Origin: Acidimicrobiia bacterium
Lineage (GTDB): Bacteria; Actinomycetota; Acidimicrobiia; Spongiisociales; ZC4RG35
Length of the DNA: 64,000 bases
Reading direction: 5' to 3'
Assembly (NCBI GenBank): GCA_965215185.1
Contig: OZ244034.1
Coordinates: 2,784,001-2,848,000 of the forward strand
The notes under the pieces are model-generated. The model made no database searches. It was not told the origin of the DNA and worked only from the letters and a program-made list of their open reading frames with translations. Below, piece by piece: positions 49,088 through 59,503 of this stretch; position 1 is the first letter of the stretch, and every line of letters starts with the position of its first letter. The translations under genes were made by a program, and so were the position numbers.

Positions 49088-49807
49088 GTGACTGTGAAGT
49101 TCGATTCGCGTTTGGTGCTCTTGGTGGTATTGGCGGCGGGCGCGGTTGCGCTGGGATGGAGCCTCTTCACGGGTTCGGACTCAGGAGGCGTTCTTGTTTC
49201 TGAAACCACTGCCGGGACAATCCAATCGACCGCTACCGACCTTGCTATGACCACGGCGGGGCCCGCTGATACTGCAGCCACCGTCACCCCCACCACTGCC
49301 CCGGCCACCACCGCCGCCCCGGCTACCACGACCACCCTTCCCACCCCGGAAGTTCTGCTACCAGTGCATCCCAAGCTGGTGGATATCGACGGTTGGCTGC
49401 AATCGGAGGTCGAAACGCTTGAGGAGTTGCGTGGACAAGTTGTGCTAGTGGAGTTCTGGACATTCGGGTGCTACAACTGCAAGAACCGCATTCCCTACAC
49501 CCAGGAGATCTATGCCAAATACCATGATCAGGGTCTGGAGATCGTCGGCATTCACTCTCCCGAATTCGAATTTGAGGAAGATGTGGACAACATCAAGGAA
49601 GCCATCTCAAAGTTGGGAGTGACCTGGCCGGTGGTGCTGGACACCAGACGACGGACCTTCTGGGAGTGGCAAACCGGTGGGCGGGCCTACTGGCCCCGCA
49701 CCTATGTCCTGGACCGGGAAGGCCGGGTACGTTATGACCACATCGGGGAAGGCAAATACACGCAGTTGGAGCAAACCGTCGCCCTTTTGCTTGACGAGGA
49801 GTCGTGA
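49088..49807 (+). CDS. Membrane-anchored redoxin (DipZ thioredoxin-like)
   Basis: TM anchor, Thr-rich linker, LRGQVVLVEFWTFGCYNC, GIHSPEFEFE, YWP, HIGEG.Y. Confidence 0.85.
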   Translation: MTVKFDSRLVLLVVLAAGAVALGWSLFTGSDSGGVLVSETTAGTIQSTATDLAMTTAGPADTAATVTPTTAPATTAAPATTTTLPTPEVLLPVHPKLVDIDGWLQSEVETLEELRGQVVLVEFWTFGCYNCKNRIPYTQEIYAKYHDQGLEIVGIHSPEFEFEEDVDNIKEAISKLGVTWPVVLDTRRRTFWEWQTGGRAYWPRTYVLDREGRVRYDHIGEGKYTQLEQTVALLLDEES

Positions 49808-50385
49808 ACCTTTTCGCCGAGGGCATCCGTTCCAGTCTGCTGCCCTGTTCATACTCCATCCTGGTCATGGCGCTGGCGTTGGTGGTACTCAGAAAAAGAG
49901 AGCGGATCGCCGCTCTGGGAGTCTTCACCGGGGCCACCGTTCTTTCAGCGTGGCTTTGGGCGGCTGGTCTGTCCAATGTGCTGGCGGGACGGGTGGTGAG
50001 CACGGTGATGGTGATCGGGGGATTGGCGCTGGCGCTGCTGGTTGGGCACCGGCTGGCCGGACTAGGAGCGGCGGGCTTGATCGGGGTGTTTGGAGGCGCG
50101 ACCTGGCTGCCATGTGTTGGTGAGGAGCTGGGAGCGGTATTAAACCTCTCGCAGGAGGCCCCGTTCTCGGCCCTACTCCTTTTGACCGTCTATTTGATTG
50201 GTGTGATGCTTCCTGTAGTGGCAGTGGTGACTCTGCTGGCCTACCTGCCCGCCGCGCGCCGCTGGGCCGACAATCGCTGGGTGGGGATAGGGGCTAAAGC
50301 CTCCCTTGCCGCGGTGGGAATACTGGTCCTGACCGACAATTACACAACGGTGCTCTCTACGCTGGCCCGCTGGGCGGCTCTCTGA
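49804..50385 (+). CDS. CcdA/DsbD-like membrane protein
   Basis: LLPCS and WLPCVG Cys-Pro motifs in a multi-TM protein; GTGA overlap with the redoxin. Confidence 0.7.
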   Translation: MNLFAEGIRSSLLPCSYSILVMALALVVLRKRERIAALGVFTGATVLSAWLWAAGLSNVLAGRVVSTVMVIGGLALALLVGHRLAGLGAAGLIGVFGGATWLPCVGEELGAVLNLSQEAPFSALLLLTVYLIGVMLPVVAVVTLLAYLPAARRWADNRWVGIGAKASLAAVGILVLTDNYTTVLSTLARWAAL

Positions 50386-50532
50386 GAAATCCATCCGGGG
50401 AGCAGACTGTTCATTGACCGGGCCGTTTACGTCGGTGGAGAGCCCTCGCCCGTCAGCCTTGACCCGAAACTGACACATAAGGCATTCCTTGGCAATGGGG
50501 TTTTCGGTTCTGTTGGTGCTTATTATCGGGAT

Positions 50533-52206
50533 ATGTCTTTGAAGATTCATTCCCAAGATGTAACCGAAGGTCCGGCCCGCGCCGGGGCCCGCGCCATGTT
50601 GCGGGCGGTGGGTCTCTCCGACGAGGATTTCACCAAGCCTCAGGTGGGGGTGGTTTCAGCGGGTAACGAAGTCACTCCCTGCAACATCACCGGCCCGGCT
50701 CTTGCCGAACGGGCCAAGGAAGGGGTTCGTGTCGGAGGAGGAGTGGGGCTGGCCTTCGCCACCATCGCGGTGTCCGACGGCATTTCCATGGGCCATGAAG
50801 GGATGCGGGCCTCTCTCGTCTCCCGGGAGGTAATCGCCGATTCGGTGGAATTGGTGGCCCACGCTGAGCGGTTCGATGCCCTGGTGACCATAGCGGGATG
50901 TGACAAGTCCCTTCCCGGCATGCTGATGGCGGCGGCTCGTTCCAATTTGCCTGCGGTGTTTCTGTACGGTGGGTCGAGCCTGCCTGGTCGCTATCGGGGT
51001 AGGGACATCTCCATCGTCGATGTATTCGAAGGGATCGGCGCCGAATCCCAAGGACGGATCAGCCCCGAGGAGCTTGACCAGATCGAGCGCAATGCCTGCC
51101 CCGGCGCCGGTTCCTGCGCGGGGATGTTCACCGCCAACACCATGGCGTCGGTGGGAGAGGCGATCGGGATGTCGCTTCCCGGTTCGGCCTCTGTGCCAGC
51201 AGTGGACACTCGGCTGGGGGTGTACGCCCGCCGAAGTGGTGAAGCGGTGATGGAACTGCTCAAACAGAGGACCCGTCCCCGCCAGATCATGACTCGTCCC
51301 GCTTTTGAGAACGCCATCACCACTGTCATGGCCTTGGGTGGCTCCACCAACGCGGTGTTGCATCTTATGGCGCTTGCTCATGAAGCGGGTGTCGACCTGG
51401 AGCTGGAAGCCTTTGACGTAATCAGTCGCCGGACTCCCCATGTCGGTGACTTGAAGCCATTCGGGACCTACCACATGGTGGATATCGACAGGATCGGGGG
51501 TATTCCGGTGGTTCTGCGATCTCTACTGGATGAGGGACTATTGCATGGTGATGTCCTCACCGTGACGGGCAAGACCATGGCCGAGAATCTGGCTTCGGTG
51601 ACGGTCCCCACCGACCAGGATGTATTACGCGCCTGTTCGGACCCCATCGCTTCGGAGGGAGGGATCGCCGTGCTGCGGGGTTCCCTGGCGCCCAAGGGAG
51701 CGGTGGTCAAAGTAGCCGGGGTGGCATTGGAGGTATTCGAAGGCCCGGCCCGGGTTTTCAACGGGGAACAGGGTGCCTTGGCGGAACTGTTTTCGGGAAA
51801 TATCCGTCCTGGGCAGGTGGTGGTGATCCGCACCGAGGGCCCGCGGGGCGGTCCGGGGATGCGGGAAATGTTGGCCATCACCGCCGCTATCAAGGGAGCC
51901 GGGTTGGGATCGGATGTGCTGCTGATCACCGACGGGCGTTTCTCGGGCGGCACCACCGGCTTGTGTATCGGTCATGTGGCGCCCGAGTCGGAAGTGGGAG
52001 GGCCGATCGGCCTGGTGGAGGAGGGCGACCGGATCCGGGTGGATGTGGCCGCCCGGCGGCTGGATCTCCTGGTGGAGGACGATGTTTTGGAAAAGAGAAG
52101 GGCAGGCTGGAAGCCGGCCCCGGTCCGCTATCCCTCCGGCGCTCTCGCCAAGTATGCCAACCTGGTGGGCGGAGCGGAGAGCGGAGCCGTTACCAACCAC
52201 TTCTGA
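50533..52206 (+). CDS. ilvD: Dihydroxy-acid dehydratase
   Basis: [55 protein letters not shown]. Confidence 0.97.
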   Translation: MSLKIHSQDVTEGPARAGARAMLRAVGLSDEDFTKPQVGVVSAGNEVTPCNITGPALAERAKEGVRVGGGVGLAFATIAVSDGISMGHEGMRASLVSREVIADSVELVAHAERFDALVTIAGCDKSLPGMLMAAARSNLPAVFLYGGSSLPGRYRGRDISIVDVFEGIGAESQGRISPEELDQIERNACPGAGSCAGMFTANTMASVGEAIGMSLPGSASVPAVDTRLGVYARRSGEAVMELLKQRTRPRQIMTRPAFENAITTVMALGGSTNAVLHLMALAHEAGVDLELEAFDVISRRTPHVGDLKPFGTYHMVDIDRIGGIPVVLRSLLDEGLLHGDVLTVTGKTMAENLASVTVPTDQDVLRACSDPIASEGGIAVLRGSLAPKGAVVKVAGVALEVFEGPARVFNGEQGALAELFSGNIRPGQVVVIRTEGPRGGPGMREMLAITAAIKGAGLGSDVLLITDGRFSGGTTGLCIGHVAPESEVGGPIGLVEEGDRIRVDVAARRLDLLVEDDVLEKRRAGWKPAPVRYPSGALAKYANLVGGAESGAVTNHF

Positions 52207-52212
52207 GCGGCC

Positions 52213-53016
52213 TTGTTGTTGGTGTCCGACATCCATGGCCGCTTCGGCGCCTTGGCGGAAGTTGCGTCCCGGGGGGAACCCCTTCTGATATTGGGCGACC
52301 TGATCAATTTGGTGGATTACCGCACAGGGGAAGGTATTTTTGCCCAAGTGCTGGGCATTGAATTCGCTCGGAGCATCGCCGCCTCCCGGGGAGGCGGCCG
52401 TTTCGAGGAAATGCGAAACCTCTGGGCGGAGAAAGTGGGTGACCGATCCGAGTGGTTTCGAGCGGCGATGGCCCAGGAAGTCCGAGAACAATACCGGATG
52501 ATGTCGAAGGCTTTGGCTGGCGCCCAATCGTATGTCACCTATGGAAACGTCGATCGACCGGACATCCTGAGAGAGAGTTTGCCTCAGGGAGCGCGGTTTA
52601 TGGATGGGGAAGTGGTGGTGATTGAGGGACTGAGGGTGGGTTTCGCCGGCGGGGGGTTGACCACTCCCATGAACGCTTCCGGAGAGGTTTCCGACCAGGA
52701 GATGACCGACAAACTGGCCGCATTGGGAGAGGTGGATGTCCTTTGCACTCACCTGGCTCCGGCTATACCGGCTCTTCATTTCGACGTAGTTACCGGAAAG
52801 TATGAGCGGGCCTCCCGCCCGGTTCTCGACTACCTACTACAGGTTCGACCGCGCTACCACTTCTTTGGAGATGTACACCAACCCCAAGCTCACCAATGGC
52901 GGGTAGGCTCAACGCTGTGTCGCAATGTGGGGTACTTTCGAGCAACACGTCGCCCGGTGAGAGTTACCAAGCACGGAGTGACGGAGGCCCAACGGGCGCA
53001 GGTCAACCATGGATAA
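52213..53016 (+). CDS. Metallophosphoesterase
   Basis: VSDIHG, LGDL, YGNVD, LCTH, FGDVHQP. Confidence 0.85.
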   Translation: MLLVSDIHGRFGALAEVASRGEPLLILGDLINLVDYRTGEGIFAQVLGIEFARSIAASRGGGRFEEMRNLWAEKVGDRSEWFRAAMAQEVREQYRMMSKALAGAQSYVTYGNVDRPDILRESLPQGARFMDGEVVVIEGLRVGFAGGGLTTPMNASGEVSDQEMTDKLAALGEVDVLCTHLAPAIPALHFDVVTGKYERASRPVLDYLLQVRPRYHFFGDVHQPQAHQWRVGSTLCRNVGYFRATRRPVRVTKHGVTEAQRAQVNHG

Positions 53017-53383
53017 GGTGGTGAAGATGCTGAGGGGATTGGTCTCCTCCCTGCCTCAGATCGTCAAATTGTTGACGAGACTGGCTCGCGATCCCCGGGT
53101 CCCGGTGCGGGCCAAACGCCTGGCGGCCGGGTTGGCGGCCTACGCGATCCTGCCCATCGATCTGGCGCCGGATTGGATACCGGTACTGGGCCTGGCCGAT
53201 GATCTGCTGGCGGTGATGGTGGGAATGGCGGTGCTCATCGAGTCAGCGCCCCGGGAAGTGGTGGCCGAACATTGGGATGGGGAGCCGGAGGTGTTGGGGC
53301 GGATAGTTGTGGGGGCGGGACTGTTGATGGACTTTTTGCCAAGACGGGTGCGGTGGGTGATGAGGAGGCTGATTGGAGAATGA
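53009..53383 (+). CDS. YkvA/DUF1232 family membrane protein
   Basis: DPRVP..AK, Y..LPIDLAPDWIPVLGLADD. Confidence 0.9.
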   Translation: MDKVVKMLRGLVSSLPQIVKLLTRLARDPRVPVRAKRLAAGLAAYAILPIDLAPDWIPVLGLADDLLAVMVGMAVLIESAPREVVAEHWDGEPEVLGRIVVGAGLLMDFLPRRVRWVMRRLIGE

Positions 53384-53393
53384 CCCCCTCCGA

Positions 53394-54158
53394 ATGAAAC
53401 TCCCGATCTGGACGGTTCTGCCTCTCTTCCAGCCTTCTCCTCAAGAAATAGTCGGGATGGTCGCAGCCGCCGAGTCGTTCGGGCTAACCGGGGTGCTGGC
53501 CACTGATCATCTGGCCGGTTGGCGACAACCATCCGACCCGGTCTTGGAAGCCACCACCGTGCTGGGCATGGCGGCGGCCGTAGCCGGATGCCGAGTGGGT
53601 TCCCTGGTGCTGCAGAGCGGGCTTCGGTCGCCCTCCTATACGGCCCGGGTGGTGGAAACCCTGGCGGCTATCTGCCGGGCCCCACCGTTGATCGGCTTGG
53701 GGATGGGAGATACCCGTTCCCAACGGGAGGCAGGCCGCTTGGGGATGGCTCATCCTCTGCTGCGGGAACGATTCGCTCTCTTGAGACAGACCATCGCGGC
53801 GGTTCGTTCCCGAACTCCCGGCGCCGAAATTTGGGTGGGAGGATGGCGGCCGGAGATCTTGGAGTTGGCCGCCGAACTGGCCGACGGCTGGAATGGGTGG
53901 GGAGGAGAAGTCTCCGCCTTCGAGGCAGCGGCTGCACAGATAAGACATATCAATCCCGCCGTACAGGTCAGTTGGGGCGGCCTGCTCGACACCTCTTTAC
54001 CCCTGAGCGTCCTCCACAGTGCCCTGCTGCGAAGGGTGGAAGCCGGCGCCCAATCTTTGGTGGTGGCGCTCACTCCGCCTCGGGTCGCAACTTTTCGCCG
54101 GTGGGCGCCTCCCATTCTGGGCCATTCTTTCTTCCAACCCGCCGCCGGTCGCTATTAA
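53394..54158 (+). CDS. LLM class flavin-dependent oxidoreductase (short, divergent)
   Basis: AE..G..GV...DHL, VGSLV, LGMGD, IWVGG, AAELADGWN. Confidence 0.75.
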   Translation: MKLPIWTVLPLFQPSPQEIVGMVAAAESFGLTGVLATDHLAGWRQPSDPVLEATTVLGMAAAVAGCRVGSLVLQSGLRSPSYTARVVETLAAICRAPPLIGLGMGDTRSQREAGRLGMAHPLLRERFALLRQTIAAVRSRTPGAEIWVGGWRPEILELAAELADGWNGWGGEVSAFEAAAAQIRHINPAVQVSWGGLLDTSLPLSVLHSALLRRVEAGAQSLVVALTPPRVATFRRWAPPILGHSFFQPAAGRY

Positions 54159-54168
54159 CCTGGGGCCA

Positions 54169-55341
54169 ATGGACTTTCGACGTATTCACGATTTACCACC
54201 CTATGTGTTCGCTCAGGTGGACCAGGCGAAGATTGCCGCCCGCCGAGCGGGAGAAGATGTGGTGGATCTCGGTTTTGGAAACCCCGACATACCATCGCCG
54301 CCGTTTGTGGTCGAAAAACTCGTGGAAGCGGCCCGCAAGGGGAAAAACCACCGCTACTCCTCATCGCGGGGTCTACCCAACCTCCGGCAGGCCATCACCG
54401 ACCTCTATCACCGTCGGTTCGGGGTCCAACTCGATCCCGAAACCCAGGCGGTGGCGACCATCGGCGCCAAGGAAGGCTTATCCCATTTGATGTGGACCTT
54501 GGTGGACTCGGGAGATACGACGGTGGTTCCGGAACCATCCTATCCAATCCACATTTACGCTCCGGTGCTGGCCGGTTCCGATGTGGTGCGTCTTCCGGTT
54601 GATTCGGAGTCCGAGTACTTCGAGAGGCTGGAAGATTTGTTCCGCTCCTCGTGGCCCAAGCCGAAGGTGATCATCGTTTCCTTCCCGCACAACCCCACCA
54701 CCACCTGCGTCGATCTGGCTTTCTTTGAGCGTTTGGTGGCCTTCGCCCATCACCACGGGGTGTTCCTGGTTCACGACTTCGCATACGCCGATCTCCATTT
54801 CGATGGTTATCAGCCTCCCTCGCTTCTACAGGTGGAAGGCGCCGAGGAGGTGGGCGTGGAGTTGTACAGCATGACCAAGGGGCATTCCATGCCGGGTTGG
54901 AGGATGGGATTTGTGGTGGGCAACTCCCCCGCGGTGGCGGCTTTGGCCAAACTCAAGTCATATCTCGACTATGGCACTTTCCAGCCCATTCAGATCGCCT
55001 CCATCGTTGCCATCAACTTGGGGGACGAATATGTCGATGAGGTGCGAGCAATCTACGCCGATCGGCGCGATGCTCTGGTGGAGGGCCTCAACAACTCCGG
55101 CTGGAAGGTGCTGCGGCCGCGGGGCACCATGTTCGTGTGGGCGCCCATTCCCGAGCCGTACATAGATATGGGATCGGTGGACTTCGCATTGCATCTGCTG
55201 CGGGAGTCGAAGGTGGCGGTCAGCCCCGGCGTCGGATTCGGCCCCAGCGGAGACAATCATGTCCGTTTCGCTTTGGTTGAGAACCGCCAGCGGATCCTCC
55301 AAGCCGTGGCCAATATGCGTCGTACCCTCGAACTTCTCTGA
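54169..55341 (+). CDS. Class I/II aminotransferase (AlaC-like)
   Basis: LPPYVF, DLGFGNPD, HRYSSSRG, FPHNPT, HDFAY, SMTKGHSMPGWRMG, KSYLDYG. Confidence 0.9.
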   Translation: MDFRRIHDLPPYVFAQVDQAKIAARRAGEDVVDLGFGNPDIPSPPFVVEKLVEAARKGKNHRYSSSRGLPNLRQAITDLYHRRFGVQLDPETQAVATIGAKEGLSHLMWTLVDSGDTTVVPEPSYPIHIYAPVLAGSDVVRLPVDSESEYFERLEDLFRSSWPKPKVIIVSFPHNPTTTCVDLAFFERLVAFAHHHGVFLVHDFAYADLHFDGYQPPSLLQVEGAEEVGVELYSMTKGHSMPGWRMGFVVGNSPAVAALAKLKSYLDYGTFQPIQIASIVAINLGDEYVDEVRAIYADRRDALVEGLNNSGWKVLRPRGTMFVWAPIPEPYIDMGSVDFALHLLRESKVAVSPGVGFGPSGDNHVRFALVENRQRILQAVANMRRTLELL

Positions 55342-55344
55342 GTA

Positions 55345-56379
55345 ATGGCATTTCCTGACGGTACCGCCGACTTTCGTTCCGACACCGTTACCCGCCCGAC
55401 CCCGCAGATGCGGCGGGCTATGGCGGAGGCGGCGGTGGGTGATGATGTCTATTCGGACGATCCCACTGTCAATGCTCTGGAGGAGGAGGCGGCTTCGATC
55501 ATGGACAAAGAGGCGGCGTTGCTCACTCCCACCGGGACCATGGGCAATCAACTGGGGCTGATGCTTCAAACCCGGCGAGGAGAAGAAGTGCTGTGTGACG
55601 CCGGGGCGCATCTGCGCAATGTCGAGGCGGGCGCGGGTTCGGCGTTGTCGGGAGTGGCTTTTCGTTCGGTTGACGCACCAGCTGGACGGATTTCCCCCGC
55701 CCATGTCGATGAGGCCATGCAGCTGGCGGGTCGCCTATTTCCCCGGATCGGGCTGATGGTGTGGGAAAACACCCACAACCTGTCGGGGGGTCGGGTGATT
55801 CCGGTTGAGGTGATGGCCGAGGCCAACCAGACCGCTCGGCTTCACGGCCTCTCTATCCATCTTGACGGGGCGCGGGTTTTCAACGCGGCAGTGGCGGCAA
55901 ATGTCCCGCCGGCTCGTATCGGCGAGGGAGTGGACACGGTGCAGTTCTGTTTCTCCAAAGGTTTGGGCGCGCCGGTGGGCTCCATACTGTGCGGACCGGC
56001 GGATTTGATTGCCGAGGGCCGGTATCTGCGCAAGAGACTGGGAGGCGGGATGCGGCAGGCCGGCATCATCGCCGCCCCGGCCCGGATTGCCCTGCGGGAC
56101 TGGCCCCGGCTCTCCGACGACCACCACTTGGCAGCGCGGCTGGCTTTCGGCCTGGCTGATCGACATCCTGCCGCGGTGGATCCCCAGGCAACCGAGACCA
56201 ACATGGTGCGGGTGGAGGTGGACAATCTTCGGGGAGGGTGGGATCCCATCCGTCCCCGACTCGTCAAGGCCGGCATTCTCTTCAACGGTCCTTTCGCCGG
56301 TTCCCTGCGGATTGTCACTCATCGGGATGTGGACGCTGACGACGTAGATCGACTGTTGGCGGCCTTCGCACCTAATTGA
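55345..56379 (+). CDS. ltaE: Low-specificity L-threonine aldolase
   Basis: DFRSDTVTRP, GDDVY..DPTV, GTMGN, ENTHN, HLDGAR, CFSKGLGAP, GGGMRQAG. Confidence 0.92.
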   Translation: MAFPDGTADFRSDTVTRPTPQMRRAMAEAAVGDDVYSDDPTVNALEEEAASIMDKEAALLTPTGTMGNQLGLMLQTRRGEEVLCDAGAHLRNVEAGAGSALSGVAFRSVDAPAGRISPAHVDEAMQLAGRLFPRIGLMVWENTHNLSGGRVIPVEVMAEANQTARLHGLSIHLDGARVFNAAVAANVPPARIGEGVDTVQFCFSKGLGAPVGSILCGPADLIAEGRYLRKRLGGGMRQAGIIAAPARIALRDWPRLSDDHHLAARLAFGLADRHPAAVDPQATETNMVRVEVDNLRGGWDPIRPRLVKAGILFNGPFAGSLRIVTHRDVDADDVDRLLAAFAPN

Positions 56380-56423
56380 GTGGGTAACCCGAGTCCCACC
56401 GAGTCGGTCATACTGTCAACGCC

Positions 56424-57365
56424 ATGAAATACGCAGTGCTTTTTCCCGGCCAGGGAAGCCAATTCGTTGGGATGGGCGCCGACTTGTTCGACGCTCGACC
56501 TGATCTGTTGGGCGACCGGGTGGACCGGTTACTGGGTTGGTCCCTGCGCCAACTCTGTTTGGAGGGACCCGAAGAGCTGCTGGTTCGGACCGAACGGGCG
56601 CAGCCCGCCCTGTTCTGTCTCTCCTATGCCTTGTGGCAGGAGTTGGAGCGTCGGCTCTCTTCGCCTCCCGCTGCCGCCGCCGGTCACTCCTTGGGGGAGT
56701 ACACCGCTTTGGCCGCGGCGGGGGTGCTTGGATTTGATGAGGCCCTTTCGGTGGTGGCGGCCAGAGGACTGGCCATGGCCGAGGCCGCCGATGCTGAGGA
56801 TTCGGGGATGATGGCGTTAATGGGGGTGACCGGCGAGCGGGCCGAGGAGATCGCTCGCGCCCGCCGCGCTGACGGAGGGAGGCTGGTGGTTGCCAATCTC
56901 AACGCTCCCGGACAGGTGGTGATGGCCGGTGGAGATTCGGACCTGGACTGGTTGGAATCCCAGGGACGAAGCCTGCGACTGCGGAGGATGGTGCGCCTGG
57001 CGGTGGCGGGTGCCTTTCACTCCGGTTTCATGGCCGCGGCCGCCCACCAGGTGGGGATTGCCTTGCAGTCTGTAAACGCCCTTGCTCCCCGCTTTCCCGT
57101 GTACGCTAACGTCAGTGGCGAGTCCGTAGACGAAGACCGCATCGCCGAGTCACTGGTGACTCAGGTTTGTTCTCCGGTGAGGTTTGCTGACAGCCTCACG
57201 GCGATGGCCGAGCAGGGAGTGGACGTTTTTGTGCATGTCGGTCCTGGCAAGGTAGCTGCAGGTTTGGCTAAGCGCACCGTCCCATCGGCTACTGTGCTGG
57301 TGGTAAATGATCTCGCCGGAGCGGAAAAGGCGGCCAAATCCTTATCTAGCATGGGACGTTCGTGA
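56424..57365 (+). CDS. fabD: Malonyl-CoA:ACP transacylase
   Basis: FPGQGSQ, AQPAL, GHSLGEY, GAFHS, VGPG. Confidence 0.95.
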   Translation: MKYAVLFPGQGSQFVGMGADLFDARPDLLGDRVDRLLGWSLRQLCLEGPEELLVRTERAQPALFCLSYALWQELERRLSSPPAAAAGHSLGEYTALAAAGVLGFDEALSVVAARGLAMAEAADAEDSGMMALMGVTGERAEEIARARRADGGRLVVANLNAPGQVVMAGGDSDLDWLESQGRSLRLRRMVRLAVAGAFHSGFMAAAAHQVGIALQSVNALAPRFPVYANVSGESVDEDRIAESLVTQVCSPVRFADSLTAMAEQGVDVFVHVGPGKVAAGLAKRTVPSATVLVVNDLAGAEKAAKSLSSMGRS

Positions 57366-57377
57366 GGAAAGTGATTT

Positions 57378-58469
57378 ATGCCTAGGGCCGCTATAACCGG
57401 ATGGGGCAGTTGTGTTCCCCCCACCGTGCTGAGTAACGCCGATCTTGAAGCGATGATGGACACCTCCGATGAGTGGATAACCGTTCGCTCTGGGATAAAA
57501 GAGCGGCGTATAAGCCATGTGGAACCCTCGGATATGGCGGCAGTGGCCAGCCAGCATGCCTTGGCCGGTGCTGACCTGACCATCGAGGACATCGATCTGA
57601 TCGTCCTTGCCTCTTGCACTTCCAACTCGATCGTCCCCGCTACTGCGGCTCATGTACATCGGTTGCTGGATGCACCGGTCTCCACTGCTGCCTTCGACCT
57701 GAACGCCAATTGCTCGGGTTTTGTCTATTCGTTGATAACCGCCTCCAAAATGATCGAATCCGGGATGCATTCCAGAGTGTTGGTGGTCGCCGCCGAGCGT
57801 CTCAGCGCCCTGATCGATTTCACCGACCGGTCCACCGCGGTGCTCTTCGGTGATGCCGCCGGCGCGGTGGTGTTGGAGGCCACCGAAGAGGATCACGGCC
57901 TGCTGTCAGGGTGTATGCAGATGGATTCCTCGGCTCTCCACTACCTGGAGGTGAGCGAAGACGGCCTGAGTCGGATGCCGGAACGTCATTTGGAGGCTGC
58001 GTACGGTGGGATCTCTATGAACGGGCGTGAGGTGTTCCGGCGAGCAGTGATGGCGATGGGAGGTCTGTCGGTGAGAGCGGTCGCAGAGGCCGGTCTGGAG
58101 TTGGACGATGTGGACTTGCTTATACCCCATCAGGCCAACATCCGGATTATCGACGCCACCGCCAAACGACTGAAGCTTCCTTCCGAAAAGGTCTATACCA
58201 ATATTCACGCCTACGGGAATACTTCCGCAGCCACTATTCCGGTGGCACTGTGCGAGGCATTGGAACAGGGCCATATCTCGCCGGGATCCCATGTGGTGTT
58301 TACTGCCTTCGGAGGCGGGTTGACCTCCGCGGCGGCCCTGGTACGGTGGGGAGACCGCACCGAGCCATTGAAGCGAAGCGATGCCGCTCTTGCTCCGACC
58401 GACCGGAGCCTCATGGAATTGCTGGAAGCGAATTTCCAGGTGTATGGGCGGCCGGAGAAAACAAAGTGA
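57378..58469 (+). CDS. fabH: Beta-ketoacyl-ACP synthase III
   Basis: DTSDEWI, ANCSGF, LFGDAAGA, PHQAN, GNTSAA, FGGG. Confidence 0.95.
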   Translation: MPRAAITGWGSCVPPTVLSNADLEAMMDTSDEWITVRSGIKERRISHVEPSDMAAVASQHALAGADLTIEDIDLIVLASCTSNSIVPATAAHVHRLLDAPVSTAAFDLNANCSGFVYSLITASKMIESGMHSRVLVVAAERLSALIDFTDRSTAVLFGDAAGAVVLEATEEDHGLLSGCMQMDSSALHYLEVSEDGLSRMPERHLEAAYGGISMNGREVFRRAVMAMGGLSVRAVAEAGLELDDVDLLIPHQANIRIIDATAKRLKLPSEKVYTNIHAYGNTSAATIPVALCEALEQGHISPGSHVVFTAFGGGLTSAAALVRWGDRTEPLKRSDAALAPTDRSLMELLEANFQVYGRPEKTK

Positions 58470-59200
58470 GCCGGGTGGCCCTGGTTACGGGAGGGTCGCG
58501 AGGGATAGGGCGGTCGATCTGCATAGAGATGGCCGACCGGGGCTGTCGGGTGGCGGTGAATTACGCTCATCGTTCTGACGCGGCCCAGGATGTGGTTGAG
58601 GCCATCAGAGGGATGGGAGGAGAGGCACTTGCCATCGGCGCCGATGTCTCGGACGCCGACCAGGTGAGCGAAATGTTCAAAGAAGTGAACTCGTCTTTGG
58701 GGGCGGTGGCGGTGCTGGTCAACAATGCGGGGATTACCCGGGACGGTTTGCTGGCTCGCATGCGACCCGAAGCGTTCGATGAGGTGATCGCGGTCAATCT
58801 GCGTTCGGCCTATTTATGCACACGGGGGGCCTTGCGGGGGATGTTGCGCGCCCGATGGGGGAGAGTGATTTGCATAAGCTCGGTGGCGGGGGTGAGCGGT
58901 AATCCAGGCCAGGCCAACTATGCCGCGGCCAAGGCCGGGATGATTGGATTCGCCAAGTCGGTGGCGCGCGAAGTGGGCTCGCGGGGAATAACGGTCAATG
59001 TGGTGGCGCCGGGTTTTATCTCCACTGACATGACTGCTGCCCTAGGGGATGCGGCTGCCGAGGCCACCTCCGCGGGCGCGGCGCTGGGCAGAGTGGGTCA
59101 GCCTTCCGAAGTCGCCAAGGTGGTTGGCTTTCTGGGCTCTGACGACGCCTCTTACGTAACAGGACAGGTTTGGCAGGTGGACGGGGGCTTGGCTCTGTGA
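58466..59200 (+). CDS. fabG: 3-oxoacyl-ACP reductase
   Basis: TGGSRGIG, NNAGITRD, GQANYAAAK, APGFI.TDMT; GTG at 58466. Confidence 0.93.
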   Translation: MSRVALVTGGSRGIGRSICIEMADRGCRVAVNYAHRSDAAQDVVEAIRGMGGEALAIGADVSDADQVSEMFKEVNSSLGAVAVLVNNAGITRDGLLARMRPEAFDEVIAVNLRSAYLCTRGALRGMLRARWGRVICISSVAGVSGNPGQANYAAAKAGMIGFAKSVAREVGSRGITVNVVAPGFISTDMTAALGDAAAEATSAGAALGRVGQPSEVAKVVGFLGSDDASYVTGQVWQVDGGLAL

Positions 59201-59240
59201 GAAGAGCTTCCCAAACCGAAAGTCGAAAGAAAGGAAAGCA

Positions 59241-59483
59241 ATGAGCGACGACATCGATAGCAGACTGAAGAGAGTCTTGGTTGAAGAACTGGACCTCGAA
59301 GAGGACAAACTGGTGCCGGAGGCCAATTTCGAAGAAGACCTGGATGTCGATTCACTTGGAGTGGTGGAGTTGCTAATGGCGCTGGAGGACGAGTTCGGAG
59401 TGGAGATTCCCGATGAGGAAGCCGAACGGATTACCACGGTGGGTGAAGCCGCGGCGCTGATACACAAGAAGCTGGGGGACTAA
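59241..59483 (+). CDS. acpP: Acyl carrier protein
   Basis: Acidic 80 aa protein, DLDVDSL (phosphopantetheine Ser), EDEFGVEIPDE. Confidence 0.95.
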   Translation: MSDDIDSRLKRVLVEELDLEEDKLVPEANFEEDLDVDSLGVVELLMALEDEFGVEIPDEEAERITTVGEAAALIHKKLGD

Positions 59484-59503
59484 AGAACCTGCCCCATCCG
59501 ACA

